DNA of 64,000 nt, taken from Octopus sinensis. Taxonomy: Eukaryota. Below are positions 24,499 to 38,131 of this stretch, one piece after another. The translations under genes and the position numbers were made by a program. The notes below the pieces were generated by a model. The model saw only the letters and a list, made by a program, of their open reading frames with translations. It ran no database searches and was not told the origin of the DNA. The stretch covers positions 77,934,001 through 77,998,000 of the forward strand of contig NC_042997.1 of the NCBI RefSeq assembly GCF_006345805.1, given 5' to 3'. Position 1 is the stretch's first letter. Each line of letters starts with the position of its first letter.

Positions 24499-25066
24499 GC
24501 ACAACAGCTTCCACAAGGACATGTGTTACATCAAAAATTCTTGGTTGGGGATGCAAATCCTCTCATTCACGTACGACATAATGCGGCAGCAGCATAGAGT
24601 TGAAGCGTCCATCTCTTTCTTCTCTCAATGTAGAATGAGGAAAATTGGATGTTGAGGTAATGTAAATAAATAAATACATATATAGAGGTGAAGATGGAGG
24701 GGCGAGAGTTCGGGACGAGGGATAAAAAATGTATAAAAAGTGTAAGTATAGAATAATATAAAAATGTAGAGGATAAAGGGTTGTAAGTAGATGTAAAGGG
24801 GGTATAAAGAAATATAAAGTAAAAATAGAAATAGAAATAAAAGTAAAAAACCTGATAAAAACATGATAAAAGTGTAAAAGAATGTAAAGATAAGGGATGT
24901 ATAGAGGTTATGGACCAAGCATGGTGGTCAGGAGATTGATAAAATTTAGTTGTAGAATTGTCAGTACATCAACAGTTTCGTCTGGGGACTTAATGCGTTG
25001 TAAATCAGAGCTGATGAGCATTTAATCTGGTTCCTTGAATTAAATGGACTTCTAGTACATACATAT

Positions 25067-25144
<78 letters not shown>

Positions 25145-25380
25145 CATATATATATTATATATACAAATAAGAAAATGGAGCAACAAATTCGTTTCGATCA
25201 TCAACTTACGGATATTACAATTTCATGGGTACTTTACCAGCAGTATATTGGATAACTGATATCCCATAGTGGGTTACCTTCATAACCCCTATCGTACTTT
25301 GTATTTTATTTATATATCTATCTATCTATATATATATATATGTGTGTGTTTTTGTGTGTGTCTGCGTGTGTGCGCGTGTA

Positions 25381-25419
<39 letters not shown>

Positions 25420-25599
25420 GCAGCGGGTTGAGATAGCAAATGAAATAAGCGTGTGGACGACATCAAAGTAAAATAATGGGAAAGTATCGGATTGTGGTTT
25501 AAATAATTTATTTAATCGACACTTGTATTTACGTGTTGTATGCACAAAGAAATCCGCTACATGACATTACCAACTTACTTTGAGTTGGCAAAGTAGACA

Positions 25600-27700
25600 A
25601 TAAACAGGAGAAATATTATGTCGATGTGATGAGATAGAACCGGGCATGTTTTGTGTCTGTGTGTGCGTTGGTCATTCGGTCGTGTCTGTGTATGTTCTGC
25701 GACTGCTACTGTGTTGGATCGTTCATGCTGAGTATGTGGTTCTGTGTTGGCTTCTTGACTGGCGCAAGTTAATTGCTGGCTGTCGACGGTTTGCCGCTTG
25801 CTGGCTGTCTGCTCATCTGTCGTGTCTGACTGTATTTATCATGGTCATCCCAGTTAGAAGGACAGATATACCACAGGAGTAATTTCTACCTCTGTGGGTC
25901 GCCTCCTTTCCACTTGAACCTTAAATGACACAGCTCAGGTCGAAGAGAAAGCCATCCATCATATTTTAACAGGACAAAGAAATTTCTTTCGCGCCTGTTT
26001 GGCCAGTGGTGGATCAGACGAGTAAGAATCTTTAGATTCGGTTTCGTATCTCAGCTCGGAAAAAGAAAGTATTAGTTTTTACACTACTCCCCGTCTAGTG
26101 AGAAAGTCACAGAGATCGAACGATATAGATGCGTGTGATATTGAAAATGTGTGATTTTGTGGGTAATGTAGAAAAATGAATACAGTGTCACTTACAAACA
26201 AATGAATACATGTCAAAAATATGTGAAGTGAAAGAAATAAAAAAAAATGTAAAGCAAAAAATCAACGTTCAGAGTTGATGTGAGCAATATATGTTAGGCG
26301 GAAGCATAAATGTAATATCCTGGCGCGTTGAAAGAGATATGCAACTCTATTGATTACGTGAGCCACTAGAGGTCTAATAGAGGTGAGTTGTCTTTCAGTA
26401 GCGCGGAGAGCAGGTGATAGCACACATGAAAATATGAGTGGTGCAAGTGCCCAATAGGAGAAAGTTGCTGGCTAGCGAGAAAATCTGTCAACACAGGTGA
26501 GCAAGTGAGTGTAGTTGCTGGAAGGAGGCAAGAGTCCAACGATGTCAATATGCACGTGTTGAAAACGTGCATCTGGAGTTGCAAAGGAACCGATGGGAGA
26601 TTTAATGTGTCGGTGAACTTTTACTTTTTGACACACGACGCAGGTCGTACTCCAAACAAGGTCCTTGTTGATGTTGAGCCACATGAAACGGGTCAATATC
26701 AGCTTTTGTGTGGCGCGGACACCAGGATGTGCTACAGAATGCAAAGCAGAGAAAACGGCACATCTATGTTTCTACGGCACATATGGACGTTCATGACTGG
26801 TGGAGTTGTCGCACCAAATATAGCCTGTAGCAGAGGGTATCGGTGATTGCTGACATTTCAGAGATGACAAATTCTGGAGCTGTAATAGTCCTTCATCTTG
26901 TTAATCAGCTGCAATCTGCTGGTGATCAATGGTAGTAGTGGTGTTGATAGCGTTAAGTTCCAGGCGTGACAGGGCATCAGCTGCAGAGTTGTTTGCACTC
27001 TTGATGTGGAGAATGTCTGTCGTGTACTGTGATATGAAGTCTAGATGTCGGACTTCCCTGGGTGAGTGACGATCGGGCTTGGCGTGGAAGGCCAGCAGTT
27101 TATGGTCGGTATAAATGGAGAAAACGCGACCTTCCAGCATGTGTCGAAAATGCTTGACAGCGAGATACACTGCCAGTTATTCTCGACCGAAGGAACTGTA
27201 TTTAGTCTCAGCGGATTTTAAGTGCGTGGAGAAGAAGGATACAGGTTGCCAAATACCATCAGTGAGTTGTTGGAGCACATCTCCAACTCCGGAATCGGAT
27301 GCATCAACTAGTACACACAGTGTGGCATCTGGTTTAGGATACACTAGCATGGTAGCGTTGAATAATGCTTTTTTTCAAGTTAGTGAAAGAGGCAAGTTGT
27401 TCTTCACTCAGGGCAATGTTTTTATTTTTGCTTGTTCGCTATCGCAGCAAATCTGTGAGTGGTTGGGCTGTCTCTGCACAGTGGGGTAAAAATCTCCGGT
27501 AGAAATTCACCAAGCCAAAAAATTCCCACAATTTGCGGAGAGATGTGGGTAGTGGAAAATCCACGATGGCTTTGACTTTCTCGGGAAATGGGCGAACACG
27601 GGTGCAGAAATGCGCGATTCCATGCTCGTTTTCAGCATCACCTTCAGGAAACGACACAGCCAGGAATTGAATACGAGGGAAGTTCCTGGCTCTCACCTAC
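25600..27700 (-). mobile_element. Decayed Gypsy element: RT end, RNase H, partial integrase, PPT and probable 3' LTR
   Basis: GLVNFYRRFLP, TDHKLL, AADALSR, HPGVRAT...CVVCQ, HIDIVG; GGGGAGTAG followed by TGT at 26083; left LTR boundary uncertain. Confidence 0.8.
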
Positions 27701-28093
27701 AAAGTCGCCTGTTTTTCGTTTGCAATCGTGTAACAAGCACGCGTTTCCTTGTTGACACTGGCACAGAAGTCAGCATAATCCCTGTTTCCTGCACTTCAGT
27801 TAGTTGGCGAATATACTTCACGATGTCGCGCTGCTACTGTTTATATCTAGCTCAGAGAGTTATTAAATGTCATTTATATTTCTTTCTTTCGCATTTCCTT
27901 TCATCATTAGTAAGTGTTAATTTACATTTCTTCCTTTTCTCTATGCATGTTGCAATATTTCTGCTCTTTGATTTCGGTCCTTTGATGCGACGTTGCTTTT
28001 GTTATATCTACATTCCTCACACATAAATAGATAACAAAAACAATGTCGTAACTTGAGAAAAGCCTTGCATATTTATAATGTGCAAGTTATGTA

Positions 28094-29362
28094 CGAGGGA
28101 CGTTCAATAAGTAATGCCCCTGACCCACTTGCAATTGTTTGATCTAGCTGAAAGTTTGCATGTGCAATTATTTATATCTCTACAGATTAAGTGGCAAATT
28201 ACAGCTCTGAACTAATTGTGGTGTCTGATTTACAGGTGTTTGAACTGAGTCAAATGTGAACTGAGTCAGTGATCCGGTTTTTGTATTTGAAAGGACGCAC
28301 ACGACAGGAGACTTTTGATGAAATGAAAGTAACTCATGGTGATGATGCCCCATCATATGGCCTTGTAAAACACTGGCATCGTGAATTCAAACATGGTCGG
28401 AAACAACACCCAGATCTGGTCGTCCAACCTCTGCCATTGATGAGGCATCTGTCCGTCAAGTTGAGGCTGCCATTTTGGAAGATCGACGCATAACTATTCG
28501 CCAAATAGCTCATGAGGTCAAGATTAGTACCGGGTCTGTGGAAACTATCATTCATAACCATTTGCATATGCAAAAGGTGTCTGCCAGATGGATTCCCAGG
28601 TTGCTCACACCTTTCCAGAAGCAAGAATGCGTCGAGTGCTCGAGGATGAATTTGGAGATGTGCCAAGAAGATGAGTCAAAATTTTTCAAAAGACTGTCTA
28701 CATAGGATGAAACCTGCGTCCATCACTATGATCCAGAGAGCAAAGCCCAGTCAATGCAGTGGAAGCACCGTGACTCACCTCCTCCAAAGAAGGCAAGGGT
28801 GCAGCCCTCTGCTGGCAAGGTCATGCTCACAGTCTTCTGAGACCAGGACGGAGTAGTGATGACAGATTTCCTGGCAAAGGGTACCACATTTACAGGAGCC
28901 TATTATGCTTCAGTTTTGAGGAAATTAAGAGAAGCTATCAAAATCAAGAGGCGGGGCAAGATCAGCAAAGGCATCCTCTACCTGCAGGACAACGCTCCGG
29001 TCCACAACTCGCGTGTCGCCAGATCAGAAGCACAGGCGTGCGGCTATGAACTCCTCCTCCATCCCCCCTACTCTCCTGACCTTGCACCCTCTGATTTTCA
29101 CCTCTTCCCAGCCATGAAGTTGTTTTTGAAAGGAAAGCGTTTCCCAGATGATGCAGCCTTGATTTCTGAAGTCACGTCGTGGTTGGAGGACCAAGCTGGG
29201 GTCTTCTACAAAAACGGTCTTCAGAGCTGCATCAAACGATGGGAGAAATGCGCAACTCTGTGTGGTTCCTATGTAGAAAAAAAGATTAATAACTGTGCCA
29301 AGTTTCGTTGCTCTACTGCTATGGGAAGTGGGTCAGGGGCATTACATATTGAACGCCCCTCG
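28094..29362 (+). mobile_element. Mariner, full-length (1269 bp), pseudogenised transposase
   Basis: 37-bp TIRs with 2 mismatches, TA TSD; WIPRLL, QDNAPVH, HPPYSPDLAPSDF; frameshifts and VF*DQ stop. Confidence 0.93.
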
Positions 29363-30229
29363 TATGTATGTGTATGCAGTTAGGGTTCGTTCTTACCTGC
29401 TTCATTTGTGTATATAAATTTCCAAGAAGAAAACGAGATTGACGTCGAAAAAGCCGTGTTAGTGATATTCTATTTTGTTAACAGTTGACAACAGATGCTG
29501 TCATTCAAATTCAAAACAGCACTTTTTTTTTTTTTGCTAAATTAAACCTCCAGAAGATCCTGACATCAACTGCAAACTTCTTCAGAAACCATGATATTGA
29601 CAGACTTTATCTCTTCAGATTAGTGCAGACAACCTTTGAGTGATGTGTGATATCACTAAGACAACATCTATTAAATTCATCACCCATGTACTCAAAAGTG
29701 AAGAGAATAACATCTTAAGAGTAGGCTCCTGAAAAAGTACTCACTTCTAAAGACCTGAAAGTGAAAACTCCCGCACACTGCAACAGTTTATGCATAGCTA
29801 CGTTTCGATCCTTGGTTATGAATCCGTTGTATATCTCCTACAAAGGTATAATGTAAATGTTGTATTCCTTATTACTTCATGATTTGTCATGGCTCGTATT
29901 TAAAATCACTATGTAAAGAGGTTTCTCTGATCAATTTTTCTAATTAACAAACACTCCTATCACTTTTTACTAAAAATTTAAAATTTCAAAGCCCAAATTA
30001 AATATGATAGTAGCGTGCAGTCCTAAAAAATAGCATTATCGCCCACATTTGCCCAATCTGGCAAATCTACCCATACCTACTTCTGGGTTTCTTATCAACT
30101 GAAGTTCTTTTTTCTTTTCTTTTTTTCCCCCTGATAATGGAAGCTTCTTTACATAGCGAATATAAATACGAACCAAGACAAATCATAAAAGTAATAAAAA
30201 AATATATACATACTAATCGAAGTGTACAG

Positions 30230-30397
30230 TATTACATATCCATTTTGGCTGATCTTACCAATCGGTTTTGCACTAGGGGTTCAACGGAGCGTTAGGTAAC
30301 AGTCTGATTATGTAATCGTGCGCTCTTCAGAGATGGCAGTTACGGAATCCCTAGTGCGAAACCGATTGGTAAGATCAGCTGTAATGGATATATAATA
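30230..30397. mobile_element. 168-bp hairpin MITE
   Basis: ~50-bp arms gctgatcttaccaatcggttttgcactaggg / ccctagtgcgaaaccgattggtaagatcagc. Confidence 0.6.
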
Positions 30398-30480
30398 TTG
30401 TGCACTTAGATTAATATACCCACTCTACTGACAGATATAGGAGTGCATTTTTTCCTGACTTATGTATTCGTAGACGACTT

Positions 30481-30509
30481 ACACGCACGCACGCACACAC
30501 ACACACACA

Positions 30510-30548
<39 letters not shown>

Positions 30549-31310
30549 TCGATTAGAGGTTGTGTTAACCTCATGAGGGGATGGTTTCATCCAAAGAAAT
30601 ACTGGTTCAATAACTAGTATTTTGGAGGAATTCATTTCCTTAAAATAATAGGTGTATATTCTGTTGTGTCTGGGGAGAGTCATTTCCTTTTTGTGCCTTA
30701 TAATATAACACACTCACCGGTAAAATCTCCACTTTTTTCTTATTTTAATTTTCCTAAAATTTTCATTGCGTCTTGCAACCTTTTCAATAGTTTTGACTCT
30801 GTCCGTTATTTACACTGCGTTCCCTTTTGTTTGTGCGCATTTGTGTGGGTCAGTGTTTGTGTGTGTGTGCCTATACATGCATGCATATACATATGTATGT
30901 GTGTGTTTGCATGTGTATGTATGTATATATGTGTGTATGCATATGTATATATGTATGTGTGTGCATCTGTATGTACGTATCCTGCATATTTATGTGCATG
31001 CATGTCCGTGTTTGTGTATTTTCTATGTATGTGTGTGTGAGAGCATGTGTTTGTATATATGTGCGCCTCTGTCTCCTTGTTTGTGCATGTCTGTGTGTGT
31101 GTGTGTTATGCAACAATCTACCATGTTTGTCTGTATGGATGTGCATCTTTATATGTGTGGATCCGTGTCTCCATATGTGTCTGTTCTTATAGCCTATGTA
31201 CCTATCCGTCTGTATGTTCATCTGTTTATTTATTTATTTTTTTCTGTCTATGTGCTTACATACGGAAAAAAAAAAAGAAAAGGGGGGGAGGTGCACTCAC
31301 ACACACATAC
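30481..31310. repeat. (CA)n and TG-rich low-complexity tract
   Basis: Direct inspection; explains the Cys/Val/Met-rich spurious ORFs. Confidence 0.9.
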
Positions 31311-31379
31311 ATACATTTATCTACCTAACAGTCCACTAACTATTCTACTCTACCTGTGTAAACTGTGGGTATGGAGTTA

Positions 31380-32400
31380 TGGTATTTACTATGTATATTT
31401 CCTATTTAGTATTGTGGAGGTTTCATTTATAAGGATGTACTCCCGTATTTGTCTGAGTGTTGGGTCTTTTGGGTGCTTGGATAAGATGCGGATGTTAAGT
31501 TGACCCAAGTTACCTCCGTGGTGGTCTTTGGCATGTTGGTAGAGTATGGAGGACTGTTTTCTGTCGTCATATTGTCTTAGATGTTCATTTATCTGTTCCG
31601 CAATGCTCCTAGACGTCTTCCCTATGTACGTCATGTTCACGTCCTTACAAGCACTTTCTATGCATCTTATGCTGTAAACTACATTTCGAGTTCTACAGTT
31701 AATGCCAGGGCTAATCCTACATACCATGCAGTTATCATTGGTGCATATGGTATTCTTAAACGGGTACGTCCTACATAGTTGTGATCTGACGGAGTTCCCT
31801 GGCTTTTCAACAATTCTAATGTTGAGTTTGGTCTCCTTCAGAGCTTTTCTAAATCTACGGGCTAGTTCTCCATGGGCTGTGGCCTCTACAAACATCACTC
31901 CTTGATATTTGTCGGTTTTATACCACTGTTTGCTTTGTCACAAGTTCTTTATATTCTATTCCATTCTTTGTTTCTATATCTAGGGCAGGCACCACTGGTA
32001 TCATTACGTATAATGTTATCTAATTTCTTTCTAGCCCCCCTGTATACCCGAACCCTATCTTTTTGATCATATCCATGCGGTGTATGAAGTTCTGGATATG
32101 AAATGAAATGAAGAAACATATACAGGAATATTTCGTTCAGGATACGTACAACTTTATTTGCAATACCTGTCTTCATTTCCCTCCATATGGCCATCCGACT
32201 CGATCCGGAGTCGAACATCGAGAGATATGTCCCCTACCGGTTGTGTGTCATATCCACCGCCAATTACTTTCAGATGGATTGACACTTATCACAGCTCCCG
32301 GCCACTTTTTGAATGCTCTGCCTAGTGACGTTGGAGTCAACCCTTCTGGTAAGATACAGGATTCTATCCACGCCCATATAATGCATGACATGCAGTCTCC
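31380..32400 (-). mobile_element. Penelope-like element fragment (RT end and GIY-YIG endonuclease)
   Basis: NVVYSIRC...YIGKTSRS..EQINEH; upstream CPRYRNKEWNR. Confidence 0.85.
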
Positions 32401-32429
32401 TTAGTTCCGAGTCACTTCACCGACACGCT

Positions 32430-33760
32430 GCAGCTATTCCCCGCTCTGAATCTTCCGGCACCGCCAACTAGGCACTTTCAACCTGGTTAGAATGTGTAAC
32501 ATATTCCTTTCTGAGGGCACAAATATTCCTTTGTGGGCACAAATATTCCTGAGGGCTCAGCTTCAACCAAATTCGGCGGCGGCGCTTTACTAACATCTCT
32601 GCAGCCCCTTTGGTTCGAACCCTCTTTTCATCGGTGATCACTGATCCTACCCATCCAAGCACAGTAGCCGAATCGGTTGGGGTTTCGATGGAGCGCAGCC
32701 CCCATCTCAGGGCCAGAGTCACCCGCTTCAGCACAGCGTTCAGCACTGTGGTTGTAATCAACTGCTTTTCAGAGTCAGGCTGCGTCCTCCTCTTCGACAC
32801 CTCCGATTTCCAGGACAACTCTTAACGCTATGCTGCTAGCATCGCACCATACAGTCCCGTTCTTCAATTTGGGCACAAACCAGCTGCATGTATCTTGATG
32901 TAGCTGCATGTTGTTCGAAGCTGCTCTGCGATTGGATAGTGACCCAGTAGTCTTCCACATATCGAGAATAGTTCTCGTCTGTTGACGCTGGTGTCCAGTT
33001 CCGGGATCTCATTCCCTCTCTGAAATACCAACACACCTGTTGTGTCTCTTTGAAGCTTGAGCCCCAGTACAGCTCCTCCAACCATTGGCTCCGGTGGTTT
33101 CGCAGTCTGCCCGAGCCTCTTTAGGTGACTTATGACCTCTGTGGGAGACACTACAGTCTGGTCTACCAAGATGTTGTCTATATAGGAATTAGTGGTTTTT
33201 TGTACCTTTTCCACTTTTCCCAGGATAGATTTGAGCTATGATTTTTGGCGTAGAATTCAGCCCGAAACCCAGCCTAATCAAACAGTATGTCTGGCCCTTA
33301 TATCGCACCAACTGATACTGTCACAGTTTCTCACTCAAATGGATACCTTCCTTGATCCATCTATCTACCTATCTTTCAAATTCATTCCTGTCATCTCTTT
33401 TCAAAGTATACCGATAACAGCTCAGCCTGTCTTCTGCATCGGGGGTTGCCCTTTCCAGTGCCACTCTACCGTCCACCGCCTGAAAATCTTTATTCTCAAT
33501 GGTGTAAATAGTCCTATCTTCCGCGGAGCTCTTCTCTCTCTCATGTTGGAGACTCATAGCGCATGACGCCCCTAAACCACCAAATGAAACCATGTCTCCA
33601 CTGACACCTTCAAGGCAGTTGATCAATGCCCATCAGTACATCAATTCCGTCTACCACATGGTCGATCATAATCATCCGCAGCCTCAATGCTGTGCCATGC
33701 ACCGCTATCTCCACTTCGCTGCTATCCTTACATCTAATTTCACTGCCATCGACCGCCCGA
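32430..33760 (-). mobile_element. Decayed LTR retrotransposon pol fragment (PR end, RT, RNase H)
   Basis: IDVLMGID, SYIDNILV, VWCDASS, TDSATVLGW. Confidence 0.75.
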
Positions 33761-33769
33761 ACACTACTT

Positions 33770-34254
33770 GTCCCCTTTCATTTTTTGTCACCAGCACGCT
33801 TACAGCGTTGCCGCGGGTGATGGCGAGGCCGATGCGCTAGAACAGCCAAGCGTCCTCACCAGTTACCTCTGCCATGCGAGTTGCCAGTGAAGACAGGAAT
33901 CTCGCAGTTAGTGGTCCGACGCCACCAAACGTCCCGAACGCCACAGGATGAAAGATGTAATTGGCCGACAGATCGGGGTATTTCAGGATTTTGTTCCGCT
34001 TGGCTGCAGCATCCAGGATGTGAGAAGAAGCAAAGGAGTCGCTAACTGATATCCCAGACAAGGCATCTGCCTTGCAACCAAAGACACAAGGTGAGGCCGT
34101 CAGGTCTCTTCCCATCACGTCTGGACAATCCAGATGCTTCCAAGATGGAGAGGATATTTTCCCGGGCCAAGCTTCTCTTGAGTATCAGGTTCAACTCCGT
34201 ATGACGCACGAAGCGACCAGCATTCAGGCAGCAAGAAAGGCCATGGAGGCCTAG
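33770..34254 (-). mobile_element. 3' fragment of an RLE-type (CRE-like) non-LTR retrotransposon
   Basis: DGKRPDGLTL.LW..GRCLVWDISVSDSFA, NYIFHPVAFGTFG, AWLF*RIGLAITRGNAVSVL. Confidence 0.8.
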
Positions 34255-36029
34255 TGATGTGGGTGTTTGTTAATTAGAACTTCCGAACTCAGTTTAAGAC
34301 ATACAAATGAAGTAATGTTTATTTGAATAATTCACAAACAATTAACTAATAAAGTGCTTTTTGAATTGCTTTCTGGGTATTTTTTAGTAAACTAATTTTA
34401 CAAAGATAAAAGTATATTTTTCTGTTGATCTGTCCGAATGTAACATATACAGATAGAGAAACAGGAAAAGTGATGGTATAACTGGTTTTTAAGGATACTA
34501 ATTAACATATCTTTTTTAAATTATTTGTTTACCTTTCAGTAATATCTCGTTTTATGTCTATACAATTGCAAACGACAGCATTATACGGTAAACCCCAAGT
34601 AAACTGTTTGCAAGTTCAGAAGAGATCATTTGAAATTCCAAACGTGGTGCAATTTTTACCTGTGATGAAATTCCTATTGTTTCGGGCTTACTGTTGTTTT
34701 CCTTTCCCTTTGTTGTCGCTTTCTTTTCTATATAGAAATTTCAAGGAAAATTATTGCAATTGACATACGAACCTAGACAGTTTTCTTTCATTAATCGAAA
34801 GAAAACGTAGATTATTATAGCTTCGGCGAACTTATTATTTGAAAGTATAAAGGAAATTTAAAGAAAGCTATGATGTCTTTGCGATATGAGTTTTACGTTT
34901 TAAACACTTTATATATTTGTCGTGGAATTTAAGGTAGGTTTACTTTTCCGTCAAGTTTAAGATCGAAATAAACTAAATATTATACTAGCTTCTATGTTAT
35001 ATAAGGAGGGTAAAGGTTTCAGCCAGCCGAGAATATCTTCCAGTTTTTATCGTTGATTCCTTAGCTGTGTGATTGAAAAAAAACAGTTTAAAATTAAAAT
35101 CAATGATTTATGTTTCAATTATTAAATGAGAGGTAACCTATTGTATTCTTTCTAAATTGCAGTTTTTGATTAGAAGGGAAAAAGCTTCAATTTTGCAAAT
35201 TTGTATTGAAAATAAAATTTATTTGATTTATTTACAGGACTTTAAATCGTATTATTGGAAAGAGTCAATTGCGTCTTAGGTGTGATTCAAATAAAACTTG
35301 AGTATTTTCTTGTGAACGTATACTGAAATAAAGGTATGAAGAGTTGGTATGGTTTTTATTCTGTTAATTTCATATTGTGCAAAACTAGTTGGAATAGGGT
35401 TATCATCGAAATAAAACGCCGGTACTCACGCACTCAGAGTGGACCGCAACAAAACACCAAAGTAAGCATTAAAATAGATTTGGAAAGGAAAAGCCTGGAC
35501 AGTCAAAGAACAGATGAAGGTAAACTAAGAGAAATGCATCATTTATGAGGTAAGAGAGTTGCTATGGACTGGTCTAGTGTCGAAGCTTTCTTTCCCAAAT
35601 GGGAAAAAAATTATTTTCTATCAATAAAGTAAATTAGTTAATAGAAGATGTTTTGAATATTAAAGGAATTGGGATAGTTTTATCAATTAAGAACTCATTT
35701 AGTATAAAAATATATTCAAAGTACTTGGTTACATGTTCAATAGCAAATATCCAAATAACTAACTCGGCTCAATTACAGAAGAGTGAAACGAAATTCACAT
35801 TTCATTTTACAGATCCAGTTTTACCTAGTTCTATTTTAATATTTATATAAAGCGATAAAACTGTCAAACACTATGTCATATACTATATTCAATATTTGAA
35901 ATATAGATACAGCAATAATGAAATGTTTCTAATTTTCTTGTATTATTCCGCCAAACTTTATTCTCTTATTTCATCACACCAAAATGTAGTTTTGATAAAT
36001 ATAATAAATATGACAAAATTAATTTAGTG

Positions 36030-36134
36030 AATGCTTTCGTTTCAGCGTGTTCACGTGATCATAAGGCTTACCGCCATATTCTCATGGCCGCTGCTGGAAA
36101 AGCAGCAAATAGCGGTATATTTATTCTCTTTCAG
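36030..36134 (+). promoter_or_regulatory. Candidate EDC4 promoter-proximal region or 5' UTR acceptor
   Basis: CACGTG E-box, CGCCATATT (YY1-like) and acceptor ttctctttcag at 36134; a possible upstream donor AAG|GTAGGT at 34933. Confidence 0.25.
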
Positions 36135-36379
36135 ATACAAAAAGAAAATCAGTACCATTTGTCTTATTCAAACATCTTTTTATTTTTGTCCTCTTTTTTT
36201 TCTAATTCATTTTTCAATATTACCAGTATTTTATTATTGAATTAAAAAATACAAACGGATTTCCCTTGAAGATAAAAAGACCAAAACAAAGTAAACGATT
36301 GAAAGAAAATTCTTTTTTAAATTTGGAGATTATTTCAGAAGCTACTTGAATTCTGCAACAAAAACGCGATTCTAAACCT

Positions 36380-36845
36380 ATGGATCCTGTCGGGAGTAAC
36401 TGCAGTGAGTCCAGTTTGGCTAACTCTAGTGTATCATCCGTTGTCACCTCGGATGATACCAAGGATGGTGAGAAAACACGTGAAGCTGTTCATGTTGGTC
36501 CATCAATAGTACCATCAGCGGACAAAAGTGTTACTACAACGAAACCTCAAGTTCAGGTAGTTGGCGGTAGTTCCGGTCAAGGCCTAGTGGCAGAAAGTAA
36601 AGATTCTGTAACCAGCTCGACTCCAACAGAACTAACTAGCAGTGTTGATTCTTTAAGTAGCAGTGTGTCTAACACTACTAATGTTAGTTGTAGTAATGTC
36701 ATTACAGGTAACACTAATATGACCGGTACCAAAACTCAAAGTATCGGCGACATGAAATCCGTAACTCAGTTTATAGAAGAGATAAAATCTGTGAACGACT
36801 TGATAAATTGCTCTACTGATTCCACTTCAAAGACTGCACCTTCAG
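36380..36845 (+). CDS. EDC4: EDC4 first coding exon, Ser/Thr-rich low-complexity N-terminus
   Basis: Open frame from ATG 36380 to donor CAG|GTAAAT (phase 1); not recognisably conserved. Confidence 0.75.
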
Positions 36846-38088
36846 GTAAATGTTTCATTCAAACTAATTTATCTTCACCGTTCTATTGGAACAAGTATAT
36901 TTGTCGACTATGCGTGTTGTTGGTGCTGTTTCTTGAAAAAGTCGAAGATGATAAATGTTAGAAACCATTACAGACAAAACAGGAAATATATAGTTGCGTT
37001 TGATAATTCTAATTTATATGCATCTAGATACTTCAGCCTGTTTTTAAATTTCTATGTTGTTCGCCTATTCTGAATATTTATAGATATTGGAAGTGTGCGT
37101 TAAACATACATATGTTGGAGTAATTCAAAATTTTACAAAATTTAGAGTCATCTTTGATCGCTCTACTCAGTTCATTGTCTTAGAAAGTTTCATTTATTTT
37201 TTCTTATATGACATTATTCTTTTGAAGGTAGTTGGTATGATTTTGTTCAATAATAATGCAACTTACGGATTTTGTCAAGTTTACTACTGTGTCAAGATAC
37301 TCATTTATTTTTGTCTAGTTTTAATTAGAAATCAGGGCGGTTTTTTCATTTCTGGTAGTCTATGAAAGAAAAAGTGTTTTATTGAGATCAAAAATGTGAA
37401 AGTGAATTTAAAATGGTTAAAAAAAAAAAAAAAGAAGCAATTTTAATATCTTGTACAACTACGTCTTTAACTAGTATTTGTTTCCTCTTTACTGCCAGGA
37501 TTAATATTTAATACTTGCATCTGCGAAGAGAAAATGAAATACCAAAGAATCAAAAATTTCAATAATGAAAGTAGTGTACTGGTTACATATTCCAGTGTTA
37601 CAGTTCTCATTATTTCAATCGGATCCACAAATTTGGAATTACATCCAAAGCATGTCTATTAACTATGTCAAGAGATATATATATATATATGGCACATTCT
37701 AACTTTGAAAAGAATTGAAATTTGTTTTAAGTAGTTTAGGTGTGAATGGTGAAGGTCACGTAAAAGGGATTAAATTTTAGCTTGATGAAAAGTAAGCGAT
37801 AATTAATTGTGGTTGGTGGAAAAAATAAGCGATTTTTCTTGTATTATCGGAAAATCGGTACTAGTCTGGTTTTTACCAATTTTGAACTGATTTAAATTTG
37901 GACGATTACACACGTACACGTGTGTGTGTCTGTATATATATAAATTCATAAATGAGGGTGAAAAATTAGATATTAATTTAATAATACCATCAGTTTAACA
38001 CCAAGTGGCTGGTGTTAAACAACTTTGGTGGCTATACCAGAAAAAGGAGCTATTTTTAGCACTAGGGTTAACCACTAGCGGTAACTCT

Positions 38089-38131
<43 letters not shown>

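Noticed and set aside
24975-25055. CTGATGA followed by an 8-bp stem
   Set aside because: No GAAA after the stem, and the nearby GAAAC is on the opposite strand; not a complete hammerhead.
25185-25215. Minus-strand TTGATGA-TC-GAAAC
   Set aside because: No helix II, C3 is absent and helix I is not evident.
30666-31503. Several long Cys/Val/Met- or His/Thr-rich ORFs
   Set aside because: Products of TG/CA microsatellite sequence; the same applies to 57238-57812.
36846-36961. ORF-track extension of EDC4 exon 1
   Set aside because: Read-through past the CAG|GTAAAT donor into intron sequence.
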